From an uncultured delta proteobacterium (GTDB lineage Bacteria > Desulfobacterota > Binatia > UBA9968): a stretch of 64,000 bases of DNA. Each line of letters begins with the position of its first letter. Within the stretch, counting starts at the first letter, position 1. The stretch is taken from contig CAWDPO010000008.1 in the NCBI GenBank assembly GCA_963804165.1, forward strand, positions 61,067 to 125,066, written 5' to 3'. The notes under the pieces are model-generated. The model saw only the letters and a list, made by a program, of their open reading frames with translations, did no database searches and was not told the DNA's origin. Positions 1 through 8,305 of this stretch are shown piece by piece. The position numbers and the translations under genes were made by a program.

Positions 1-5
1 TCGGA

Positions 6-599
6 GTGTACAGCCTTTCTTTCGCGCTCGTTGTGCAGTTTACCGACCGCGTTCCGATCCCGAATTACGCGCCGACGAATCTCGCGGGAATGCCAATCGC
101 CTTCAAGTTAATTCTATTTTACATTGTTGAAGATTTCGGCCTCTATTGGGTTCATCGCTTGATGCACACGAAATACCTATGGCGGACCCACAAATGGCAC
201 CACTATCCGACGTATATGTACTGGCTTGCCGGAATCCGTACGTCCATCCCTCACATCATTCTATTCAATTTGACCTATGTGGCGGCAAAGCCCTTGTTGG
301 TGGGAGTACCCGGATGGGTATTTCCGCTCATCGCTTTTGAGCACATCGGCCGAAACAACTGGATGCACCTGAACGTGTCCTGGAGATCGACGTGGTTGGA
401 GTGGCTAATTGTCACGCCGCGATACCATCACATTCATCACAGCAACGACCCGGTGCATTATCGCTCCAACCTCGGGTCGTTGTTCACTGTGTGGGATCGA
501 CTCTTTGGAACGTATTTGGACCCGGATAAAGTAAAGCACGAATTTACCTTCGGCATCGGTGAAAGAGTACCCCCCCTGCGGCTGGTCCTGGGAGTATAG
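6..599 (+). CDS. fatty acid hydroxylase / sterol desaturase superfamily membrane protein, probably 5'-truncated by the window edge
   Basis: Histidine boxes HRLMH, HKWHH and HHIHH in a hydrophobic ORF that runs to the window start. Confidence 0.7.
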   Translation: MYSLSFALVVQFTDRVPIPNYAPTNLAGMPIAFKLILFYIVEDFGLYWVHRLMHTKYLWRTHKWHHYPTYMYWLAGIRTSIPHIILFNLTYVAAKPLLVGVPGWVFPLIAFEHIGRNNWMHLNVSWRSTWLEWLIVTPRYHHIHHSNDPVHYRSNLGSLFTVWDRLFGTYLDPDKVKHEFTFGIGERVPPLRLVLGV

Positions 600-732
600 G
601 CGGGCAAAGACAGAAACAATTTTTAGCTCCCTAGGGATCGATTCTTCCTTGGATCGAATCGACCATCGAGAGCTTTGGACTGGCGCAGATCATCCTTGCT
701 GTTTGACAGTTCGCGGAATGGAGAATTAGCGC

Positions 733-1854
733 ATGGCAAAAAACGGCTTCAAGATCTTGGACAGCGACATGCATATCATGGAGCCGCCGGATCTTTGGGA
801 GCGCTACATCGATCAGAAATTTAAAGCGCGTGCGCCGCGCGGCGTCACCAGTAGTAACATACGTGATCTACGCATGGTCTATCCTGACGGCCGCGATTGG
901 GCGCGCACCACGACGCGGCAAAACGATTCAGCGCGCGGGCATAACTTTGAAAGAAATCAGAACGTCTATCGCGCTGACGCGGCGCGCGGGTGGACACCGG
1001 AGGTTCAGCTCGAAGCCATGGATGTTGAAGGCATCGATGTCGCTGTTCTCTATCCTACTCGGGGACTGCGTGCGTTAGTCGTACCGAACATGGAAGCTGA
1101 TTTCGCCGCGGCGATCGCGCGCGCTTACAATGATTGGCTTTATGATTTTTGCAAGAAGCAGCCGCTGCGTTTGATCGGCGCCGGCATGCTCTCACCGTAT
1201 GATATGAATGATGCGGTTGTCGAGGCGCGGCGCTGCGCCGAAGAACTTGGTTTCCGCGCGGTTTTTCTGCGCGCGAATCCACTCGTGCAGCATCAGTGGC
1301 ACACTCCTTACTATGAGCCGCTTTGGCAAGCGCTTGCGGATCTGAATCTCGCTTTGGGCTTTCATGAATCCACAGGCACCGGCAAGCAACAAATCGGTGA
1401 ACGCCTCGAACCGAACCTTATGTTGCGCCGAGTTTATGCGCAGCCGATGGAGCAAATGTTGGCGCTCGGCAGCTTTTGCGCGGGCGGCGTGCTGGCGCGC
1501 CATCCGAATCTGCGGGTCGCGTTTCTGGAAGCGAACTGCAGCTGGTTACCGTGGCTATTGTGGCGGTTGGACGAAGGCTGGGAACGGGAAGGTGATGTCT
1601 GGGCACCAGATGTAAAAATGGCGCCGAGCGAATATTTCAAGCGCCAGTGCGTTGTCTCTGTGGAACCGGACGAAGTTACTATTGCCTATGTGATCGAATA
1701 CACGGGCGGCAAAAATATTGTTTTTTCCACCGACTACCCGCATGGCGATTCAAAGTATCCAAAAGCAGTCGACCACTTCCTCAACTTGCCGATCAGCGAA
1801 GCCAACAAGAAAAACATTCTCTGGGACAATTGCGCGACCTATTACGCGATGTGA
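733..1854 (+). CDS. amidohydrolase family 2 (ACMSD/LigW-like metal-dependent hydrolase or decarboxylase)
   Basis: N-terminal DSDMHIMEP and C-terminal FSTDYPHGD motifs typical of PF04909. Clean 373-aa ORF. Confidence 0.85.
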   Translation: MAKNGFKILDSDMHIMEPPDLWERYIDQKFKARAPRGVTSSNIRDLRMVYPDGRDWARTTTRQNDSARGHNFERNQNVYRADAARGWTPEVQLEAMDVEGIDVAVLYPTRGLRALVVPNMEADFAAAIARAYNDWLYDFCKKQPLRLIGAGMLSPYDMNDAVVEARRCAEELGFRAVFLRANPLVQHQWHTPYYEPLWQALADLNLALGFHESTGTGKQQIGERLEPNLMLRRVYAQPMEQMLALGSFCAGGVLARHPNLRVAFLEANCSWLPWLLWRLDEGWEREGDVWAPDVKMAPSEYFKRQCVVSVEPDEVTIAYVIEYTGGKNIVFSTDYPHGDSKYPKAVDHFLNLPISEANKKNILWDNCATYYAM

Positions 1855-1873
1855 TTTAATTTTGTCACTGTCC

Positions 1874-1905
1874 ACCCGCTCCGGCATTTCGAAGCGGGAG
1901 CGGGT
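1874..1905. terminator. hairpin between convergent genes (possible terminator)
   Basis: Perfect 9-bp stem ACCCGCTCC / GGAGCGGGT with a ~14-nt loop, followed by only a weak T-rich tract (atatattt). Confidence 0.35.
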
Positions 1906-1916
1906 ATATATTTGAT

Positions 1917-2027
1917 TCACCGCGAATAGTATCCATTGGAATAATTGTGACGGTGGTGGCGTCCGTGACAACCCGACGCAATGAAGAGTCCGACCGTCAA
2001 CAACGCCAAAAGTGCGATAGTTTTCAT
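1917..2027 (-). CDS. 36-aa mini-lipoprotein with a His/Tyr/Arg-rich 17-aa mature part
   Basis: The internal ATG at 2027 is preceded by AGGAGG (aggaggcactATG). MKTIALLALLTVGLFIASGC has a signal peptide plus lipobox. The mature peptide is CHGRHHRHNYSNGYYSR. Confidence 0.5.
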   Translation of the reverse strand: MKTIALLALLTVGLFIASGCHGRHHRHNYSNGYYSR

Positions 2028-2108
2028 AGTGCCTCCTTTCTGTAAGCGCTTTTCATACAATACAGTCCAAAGTGGATCTGCGAGTTGTGTTTCGTTCCAC
2101 TCCACTTC

Positions 2109-2136
2109 TTAGACGTTGCTGGCAGTTGTTTGTAAC
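2109..2136 (-). promoter_or_regulatory. candidate ECF-type promoter upstream of the mini-lipoprotein gene
   Basis: The minus strand reads GTTACA-N16-GTCTAA. It shares GTTA..CGTCTAA and near-identical spacing with the motif upstream of the ECF sigma gene at 4020-4048. Confidence 0.3.
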
Positions 2137-2527
2137 GGGCGAAAAAACTGAAAATGCTCAGCGAGTCCAAAACACGTCACCGGCCTGGGCCGCGAGCCAT
2201 TTTCGCTAAAATCCGCGGCTGCTGCGAACCGATTGAAAACTTTTCAGAAGACGCTTCTCGCTGCAGACGGCGCGTAGGCCTAATAATCAGCGCAGGGTGC
2301 TACGAGTTCTTGTGGACGTGACTGTGCGTGCTGACTCGATCCCGCAATGGGTCGGCCGACCCGGTGATGATCACATCGAGTTCACGATGCGTGTCACTCA
2401 ACAAGGAAAAGGCACGACATCACTCGTGTGTCGCGCAGGTGACGTTTCATCTGCGCATGGATGGTTACTGGGGCTAGATTCGCATGGGTTGCTTTAGTCG
2501 GATTCGGAAGCTTAGCACAGAATAATC

Positions 2528-2800
2528 TTAGTCTTCACGACGATCCCGCCGTTGTCTATCATAACGCTGCTTGATTCGGTCGCGCTCGTCCTGTGGTAAA
2601 CGCTGCCAGCGATTCCATTCACCGCGCAGGTGCTCTTTGTCTTGCGGGGGCAACCTCTGCCAACGCTGATAGTTTTCCCGGACTTTGTCTTTCTCCGTCG
2701 GCGTGAGATTGCGCCAATTGTCGTTTGCCGCCATGACTCGCTGAGAACTCGCGAGCAATAGCAAACCAAACATCAATGCTAGGAAATTTCGCCTTTTCAT
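2528..2800 (-). CDS. secreted DUF3106-like protein (repeated RWQRLP..E motifs), third gene of the ECF operon
   Basis: Signal peptide MKRRNFLALMFGLLLLASSQRVMA. Repeats YQRWQRLPPQDKE and WNRWQRLPQDERD. Sits 30 bp downstream of the anti-sigma gene. Confidence 0.7.
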   Translation of the reverse strand: MKRRNFLALMFGLLLLASSQRVMAANDNWRNLTPTEKDKVRENYQRWQRLPPQDKEHLRGEWNRWQRLPQDERDRIKQRYDRQRRDRRED

Positions 2801-2830
2801 ATTACTGTCGATCTAACCGAGAATTAAAGC

Positions 2831-3391
2831 CTAGGCGACTGCATGTTCCAGCCGCACTCGACTCGTCTGGGTATTCGTCGAATCGGTGTCGAGGTCGTCC
2901 TGCTTCTCAAGTGTGCCGAGGGATTCGAGCAAGTCCATCGACTCGAAGAATTGCAACTGGTTTTCATCGGCCAAAATTTCTTGTGGTATTCGTTCTGATG
3001 TCCGATGCACGAACGAATTTAAGTTGCCTTTTCCGAATAACAAACCGACGACGAGAATCGCCACTGCAACCGTGCCGAACGCCGGCACCATCCAGACTTG
3101 CCTTGGCGCGAACAGCGCGCGCCACCAGTGTTTGCGCGCTTCTTGTTGGGCCAACTTAGCGACTGTTTCCCGATAGTACTCATCCCAGAAAGACGGCGGC
3201 ATCTGAGCCGATTTCGCTATTTGCGGCAATAATCGCCGCAAGTCTTCGACAAAGCCTTGACAAGGGACACATTCCGCGAGGTGCTGATTCACTCGGCGCC
3301 GTTCGCTATCGCCTGTCTCGCCGTAGTAGTAAAGCACGAGATCTTCTTCGAAGTGCTTGCATGCGCTTTGGAGTGGTTTTCGATATGTCAT
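2831..3391 (-). CDS. anti-sigma factor (zf-HC2 type, single TM)
   Basis: HLAECVPCQGFVEDL zinc-finger motif, central TM segment (VPAFGTVAVAILVVGLLF), and an 11-bp gap to the sigma gene. Confidence 0.75.
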   Translation of the reverse strand: MTYRKPLQSACKHFEEDLVLYYYGETGDSERRRVNQHLAECVPCQGFVEDLRRLLPQIAKSAQMPPSFWDEYYRETVAKLAQQEARKHWWRALFAPRQVWMVPAFGTVAVAILVVGLLFGKGNLNSFVHRTSERIPQEILADENQLQFFESMDLLESLGTLEKQDDLDTDSTNTQTSRVRLEHAVA

Positions 3392-3402
3392 GATTCTTTC
3401 CC

Positions 3403-3978
3403 CTAAACAAATTCCAGGAGGCTTTGGCGCAGCGCCGCTACGGCCCGATGTAAATAAACTCGAACTGTGCCTTCTGTCGTTTTCATGACCTTGGCAATAT
3501 CCGCTATCGATAATCCCTGATGGTTTCTTAATAAGAAAGCGGTGCGCTGTTTATTCGGCATCGCTTCCAGAGTTTGATCGGCGCGCCGTTTTGCCTCGCC
3601 CGCCATCGCCGCTTGCTCGGGCGCGAATGTTGAATCGGCTAATCGCTTCTGATCGCTCGGCTCCTCACTCATACCATCGAGAGACTCCCAGGTCACGCGA
3701 TTGTGACGGCGCGCATGATCCAGGCAGAGGTTCACCACGATACGGTAAAACCACGTGTAAAAGCTCGACCTGCCATCAAACTGTTTGATGTTAGCAAACG
3801 CCCGCAAAAACGCGTCTTGCGATAGATCCTTTGCCATCTCTGGATCCCGCGTGAAATTAAAGGCGATATGAAAAGCTTTTTGCATATACCTTCGCACAAG
3901 GATCTCGAAGTAGTGCCCCTGGCCTTGCTGGCACATGGACGCCAACTCTTCGTCTCCGAGTTCTTGGGGGTCAACCAT
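3403..3978 (-). CDS. RNA polymerase sigma-70 family, ECF subfamily
   Basis: Region 2 (FYTWFYRIVVNLCLDHARR) and region 4 HTH (LSIADIAKVMKTTEGTVRVYLHRA). 191 aa. Confidence 0.9.
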   Translation of the reverse strand: MVDPQELGDEELASMCQQGQGHYFEILVRRYMQKAFHIAFNFTRDPEMAKDLSQDAFLRAFANIKQFDGRSSFYTWFYRIVVNLCLDHARRHNRVTWESLDGMSEEPSDQKRLADSTFAPEQAAMAGEAKRRADQTLEAMPNKQRTAFLLRNHQGLSIADIAKVMKTTEGTVRVYLHRAVAALRQSLLEFV

Positions 3979-4019
3979 TTGCGTTACGCGCCGCGAAGTT
4001 TCCTACCCGCTACAATCCT

Positions 4020-4048
4020 TTAGACGCCAGAATACGCCAAAGGTTAAC
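4020..4048 (-). promoter_or_regulatory. candidate autoregulated ECF promoter
   Basis: The minus strand reads GTTAACCTT-tggcgtattctggc-GTCTAA. There are 18 nt between AAC and TCTAA, as in sigma-E type GGAACTT-N16-TCTAA promoters. It lies ~40 nt upstream of the sigma ATG. Confidence 0.4.
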
Positions 4049-4095
4049 AGCGCCGAGCGCTTCAACTGGATTGAGATAAGCTGCTAAAACTATGG

Positions 4096-4140
4096 AAAAA
4101 ATTCGTGTGATGGCGGCCAGCCCGATGGAGCCTGGCCGCC
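4096..4140 (-). terminator. possible terminator after the 4156-6012 minus-strand operon
   Basis: Perfect 9-bp GC-rich stem GGCGGCCAG / CTGGCCGCC (4112-4120 and 4132-4140). A T6 run on the minus strand follows, but 10 nt away from the stem, which is atypical. Confidence 0.35.
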
Positions 4141-4155
4141 CAACTTGGGAGTTCG

Positions 4156-4611
4156 CTATTGCCCGGTGGCGAGGGCAATAACGTTTTCGATTATGTCAAG
4201 AATATGGTTGGTGCGCCGGTCGATGAGAATAACGTCTCTTTCAAGGACTACCCGTTCCCAATATTCGGGGAGCCGCGGCAGCCTGCGATCCAGGTCAGCC
4301 GGCAGGGGCTCGAGCCGCTTTTGTAATCCGGGCGGAAGCTGGCCGTTCTTGTCCAACTGCTTCTGTAACCCCGGAGGCAGCTTTCCGCCGCGTTTGGCCA
4401 ACCCAGGCGGCAGACCTTTGGCTTTACTCTTTTTCCCCTGGCGATAGTAATCTTCTATGGCTCGGCGCTCCTCCGGAAGAAAATGAGACGGCCGATTGAC
4501 GTCCAATGCCAGCGCCGAACCCCTGGTCCAGGGAATCATGGCGACAGAAAGAGAAAACGCTAGGAATAATCGTCTTTGGTAATTCACGGTAATCCGCCTC
4601 CGGTAATTCAC
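4156..4611 (-). CDS. secreted protein with LPPGL(A/Q)K repeats (CigR/RcnB-like flavour)
   Basis: N-terminal hydrophobic signal. Three repeats: GLPPGLAKRGG, KLPPGLQKQL and QLPPGLQKRL. The C-terminal part resembles RcnB-like domains. Confidence 0.55.
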   Translation of the reverse strand: MNYRRRITVNYQRRLFLAFSLSVAMIPWTRGSALALDVNRPSHFLPEERRAIEDYYRQGKKSKAKGLPPGLAKRGGKLPPGLQKQLDKNGQLPPGLQKRLEPLPADLDRRLPRLPEYWERVVLERDVILIDRRTNHILDIIENVIALATGQ

Positions 4612-4619
4612 CTATCGAC

Positions 4620-5534
4620 CTATTTGCCGTGGCCCTTGCCATTCGCCATGCCGTTGCCATTGCCGCCACCGGCGGAAACGATTCCTCCATTCGAACCAGC
4701 GCCGCTGCCGGAACCGGTCACAATGCCGCTTCGGTTGAGGCCGTAGGCGTTGCCGTTCCCCTTGCCCGAAGCCGTAACGATCCCGTCGCCGGAGCCTTTA
4801 CCACTGGAAACGCCGTGGTTCGAGCTACCGTGCGATTTTCCGCTACCCGAAACGATGCCGCTTTCCGTTTTTTTGCCGCTCGCCGCGGTCACTCCACCCT
4901 TACTAGACGACGGATTTGTGGTGCTCGCCAAATTGTGGTTTGCGCTCTTCATTCCCGCGATCACCGGCCCGAGCTTGTATCCTAGTTTCTGAGCGATCTG
5001 TCCCCAGCCCATGTTCTGACTGCGCATGGTGAGGATGCCTTGTAAATTGGTTGTCGTCGTCGTTGCGGTGGCGCCTGTGCCGGTCGTCTGTGTGATCGAT
5101 CCACCGGTGAGGGCAGCCTGCAACTGTTCCGGTGTCGGCTGGGTGATTCCTAATGTACTCAGTTGCTGCTTTGCCAGCGCCAACGAAATATAGACGTTGC
5201 CGAAACCCATGTGACCAGTAGGCGGAGCGATCACGGTCGTATTGGTCGTGGTCACTGGCAAACCGCCCGGTGTGCTACTCGGAGTCGTACTTGTCGACGT
5301 CAGCGTTATCGGCGTACCATTCCTGAGACCCGTGACGACTGCGGGTGCGTCGGAGCCGAGAAATGAATTAAAATCGCTGCTGATCTTGTTGATAACATTC
5401 GTTTGCCCCTGGTTTGCCGTTGCGTTGTTCATCGTGGTCACTTGGCTGTTCAAATCCGAAGCGGTCTGGGCCAGGGCCAAAACTGGCGCTGCGACCGCCA
5501 GGCTCACGGTTAAAATCGCTGCTGAAAGCTTCAT
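4620..5534 (-). CDS. secreted Thr/Ser/Gly-rich low-complexity protein
   Basis: AGGAGG RBS. Signal peptide MKLSAAILTVSLAVAAPVLALAQT. Conserved-looking core MGWGQIAQKLGYKLG. C-terminal GSG/GNG/SSNHG repeats. Confidence 0.65.
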   Translation of the reverse strand: MKLSAAILTVSLAVAAPVLALAQTASDLNSQVTTMNNATANQGQTNVINKISSDFNSFLGSDAPAVVTGLRNGTPITLTSTSTTPSSTPGGLPVTTTNTTVIAPPTGHMGFGNVYISLALAKQQLSTLGITQPTPEQLQAALTGGSITQTTGTGATATTTTTNLQGILTMRSQNMGWGQIAQKLGYKLGPVIAGMKSANHNLASTTNPSSSKGGVTAASGKKTESGIVSGSGKSHGSSNHGVSSGKGSGDGIVTASGKGNGNAYGLNRSGIVTGSGSGAGSNGGIVSAGGGNGNGMANGKGHGK

Positions 5535-5556
5535 ACTTTTCCTCCTCGGTTTCTGC

Positions 5557-6012
5557 TTAGCTGATTCCTAACGCCCTTTCAGTTTGAATGATAATCTCTG
5601 TCGCGGTCGCACGATCTTTGAAGAAAAAGCCTTGCTTTGCCACCGTGCGAATACGCGTGGTTTTATTACTGACCATCTCCAGCTCGATCTCGATATCACG
5701 GTCGTTGGACACCGCCTTGATTGCTTTGCCTTGATCGATCTTAGAGGTCGCTTCGACTTTGATGCCCATCCGGTCGAGCGCAGTCCGCGTGGCGTTTTCG
5801 ACCTGCGGCAGCGGGGCCGTAAATGTCTTATACGCAATGCCATCCAGCGTGTACGCGACCGATGTGCCTGTGGTGACTCCTGCGCCGACGCCAAGTAGAG
5901 TTAAGCCTACGCCAGCGGCGCAACCCTGGAGCGTCAAAAGAATAGCTGCGAGAGAAATAACTTGGGGGATTCGACTGTTTTTGTTTGCCATATGGCGATT
6001 GACCATAGGCAA
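5557..6012 (-). CDS. DUF3568-like lipoprotein
   Basis: Lipobox LTLQGC after a hydrophobic stretch. The overall sequence resembles the DUF3568 family. Start codon is uncertain (M1 or M8). Confidence 0.55.
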   Translation of the reverse strand: MPMVNRHMANKNSRIPQVISLAAILLTLQGCAAGVGLTLLGVGAGVTTGTSVAYTLDGIAYKTFTAPLPQVENATRTALDRMGIKVEATSKIDQGKAIKAVSNDRDIEIELEMVSNKTTRIRTVAKQGFFFKDRATATEIIIQTERALGIS

Positions 6013-6172
6013 TTAACGAGCCAGAGCGGTCGTAACGATATCTAGGGAACGGCTTGGAATTACGTTGACTGCGAGGGCGGTTGTGAGCCTGGACGCACAG
6101 ACAAAAATGTTTACGGTACCGGAAATAATTACTGGCCGAAGTTCGCCCGGTAACGATTCCTTGGGGAGGTTT

Positions 6173-6826
6173 TCAGTGGCCGCCGATGCCGGTGATTTTG
6201 ATGCTGCCGTGCTTGGATTTGTATTTGCGGTTGAGGGCAATGATGACGCCGGTCAGCCCCTCTATCACGTACGCATTGCTTGCGGGCCCGGCATCGTAGG
6301 CAGCAGCACCGATGCGTTGAATAATCTCCATAACACGCAGCTTCGCGGTCGCATCGTCACCGCATACCAGGACATCGCCGAGCGGCGCATCGACGTCGCC
6401 TAAATCGACGGCGGAGATGTTGTGCAGCGCGCCCACGACCGGTGCTTCGCCCTCGAGAATATGCTGCGCTTCCTGCAATGCCGACCCCGCCGGCGGAACA
6501 AACGGCTTCACCTTGTTGAGCGGCACCACAGTATCGATAACGATCTTGCCCGCGAGCTGTCCTTTGAGGTCGGAAACCATTTGCGCGTGCCCTTCGTAAG
6601 GGACGGCAATGACGACGAAGTCGGCGCCCTTTACCGCTTCCTGGTTGGTCTTGCCGACTAATTCACCCGCGCGTAATTTAGGCTTCAACGTCTCGACTGC
6701 GTTTTTGGCTTTCTCCGGGTCGCGCGAACCGATAATAATTTTTACTCCCGGCGCGCCGAGGCGAAGCGCCAAGGCGCTGCCCAAATTGCCCGTACCGCCG
6801 ACGATTGCCACACTGAATTGATCCAT
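6173..6826 (-). CDS. npdG: NADPH-dependent F420 reductase
   Basis: N-terminal Rossmann motif VAIVGGTGNLGSALALRLG..IIIGSRDPEKA. Last gene of the F420 biosynthesis operon. Confidence 0.8.
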   Translation of the reverse strand: MDQFSVAIVGGTGNLGSALALRLGAPGVKIIIGSRDPEKAKNAVETLKPKLRAGELVGKTNQEAVKGADFVVIAVPYEGHAQMVSDLKGQLAGKIVIDTVVPLNKVKPFVPPAGSALQEAQHILEGEAPVVGALHNISAVDLGDVDAPLGDVLVCGDDATAKLRVMEIIQRIGAAAYDAGPASNAYVIEGLTGVIIALNRKYKSKHGSIKITGIGGH

Positions 6827-6840
6827 AGTTTCACCAAGAA

Positions 6841-7593
6841 CTAGCGAAAGAGATCCTCGGCCCTCGGCCGAAGAAGCTCCTGCGCCGATCCATGCTCCTT
6901 TTTTTCCGCCTCAAAGCCGCGCACGAGTACTACGGGTACGTCGTCGCGCTTGCCCATCACTAATTCCGCCGCGGCGGCAATTTCATCCGCCACGGCGGCC
7001 ACTGCTGCCTTGAGTTGGTAGCCATGGCGATCATGCGTCCCTCGTTCATCTTTGATTGCCTTCATCCCGGCGATGCCGATCGCTACATCGACGGTGCCCA
7101 AGCGCCACGGGCGACCAAAGCTATCACTGATAATAATAGCCGGGCTCTTGCCAGAGCGTTCGTGAATTTCGCCGAGCACTTCGCGCGCCGAGCGATCCGG
7201 ATCCTCCGGCAACAGGGTAACTTGCTTCAAGCCGATGTTCGATTGATCGACGCCCGCGTTGGCGCAAATAAACCCGTGCTGGGTTTCAACGATCAATGCT
7301 CGGCCGCCGGTGCGAATCACGCCGCGGCTCTCGCCGAGAATCACCTCGACCAGTTCCGCTTCTTTGTCGAGTTCGCGCGCCAATTCTTTAGCGCGCTCCG
7401 AGGGTTGAACGTCTTTTAAGTCAATTATGCGCCCTTCAGCCTTGGAGACGATTTTCTGCGCAATGACAAGCACATCGTTGTCGTTGATCTCAATGCCCTG
7501 ACGTGAACAAGCATCAACAATTAAATAACCTAAAGAATCGCCGGGGCGAATCTCCCCGATGTTTTCAAGGCCAAGCAACTCGAGCCTCTTCAT
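6841..7593 (-). CDS. cofE: coenzyme F420-0:L-glutamate ligase
   Basis: CofE signature GFICANAGVDQSN. 250 aa. Overlaps cofC by 4 nt. Confidence 0.85.
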   Translation of the reverse strand: MKRLELLGLENIGEIRPGDSLGYLIVDACSRQGIEINDNDVLVIAQKIVSKAEGRIIDLKDVQPSERAKELARELDKEAELVEVILGESRGVIRTGGRALIVETQHGFICANAGVDQSNIGLKQVTLLPEDPDRSAREVLGEIHERSGKSPAIIISDSFGRPWRLGTVDVAIGIAGMKAIKDERGTHDRHGYQLKAAVAAVADEIAAAAELVMGKRDDVPVVLVRGFEAEKKEHGSAQELLRPRAEDLFR

Positions 7594-8279
7594 ACGTCAC
7601 CCGAGCGTGAGGATTCACTTGCGTGCTGTTCGGCCAAAAGTTTCAACGCTACTTGCGTCGCCTCGCCGTCTTTAAGCCCGTAGGAAAGAAAACGTTCGAG
7701 ATCTGTTGGTTCGTCGATGTCTAGAGCGATGTGCTCGTTCTCGACATAGCGAGCCGGCAAACCTCGCGCGACCACCTGGCTTAAGTGAAAGGTAAAGCTG
7801 TCGTAGCCGAAGCGGAGCTTGATGACATCGGGCGGCGCCAACAGCAGCGCATTGGTCCCGAGCCGGTCATGCGACGGCACCAACAAAGCAAATGGTGCTG
7901 CCGCATCATCCGGCACTTGCGCTATGACGTACTCGATATCGGTCGCGCGCACCAGCGGCATGTCGCCGGGAATAATCAATACGGACTCGCGGCCGAGGCT
8001 CTTCAATTCCGTCCTGGCGAAGTCGACCGCCGTGGTTTCACCATTCTCCGCTTTCTCGCGAATCACCTCCGCGCCGGCAGCCGAGGCAATAGTCGCAACT
8101 CTGTCGTCGCCGGTGACGACAAACGTCCCGGCAAGTCCGCGCGCTAGTCTCGCTTGACGCAAAACATCGCGAAACATCACTTCAGCCAAAAGTTCGCGCG
8201 CGGCGCAACTCAAGACAGGGCTGAGCCGTTGCTTGGCGTTACGAAAACCCTTCACAGGCATCAGTGCGACGACGTTCAT
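7590..8279 (-). CDS. cofC: 2-phospho-L-lactate (or PEP) guanylyltransferase
   Basis: N-terminal MPVKGFRNAKQRLSPVL and IIPGDMP motifs typical of CofC/FbiD. Operon context supports the call. Confidence 0.8.
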   Translation of the reverse strand: MNVVALMPVKGFRNAKQRLSPVLSCAARELLAEVMFRDVLRQARLARGLAGTFVVTGDDRVATIASAAGAEVIREKAENGETTAVDFARTELKSLGRESVLIIPGDMPLVRATDIEYVIAQVPDDAAAPFALLVPSHDRLGTNALLLAPPDVIKLRFGYDSFTFHLSQVVARGLPARYVENEHIALDIDEPTDLERFLSYGLKDGEATQVALKLLAEQHASESSRSGDV

Positions 8280-8305
8280 GCGCGGTCCAAAAGAGTTTGT
8301 TTAGA

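Noticed and set aside
2140-2527. The ~390-bp gene-free region (ORF 2297-2497) as a possible structured ncRNA.
   Set aside because: I found no match to RNase P, tmRNA, 6S or riboswitch cores that I could recognise by eye. The ORF lacks an RBS and is not protein-like. Left unassigned.
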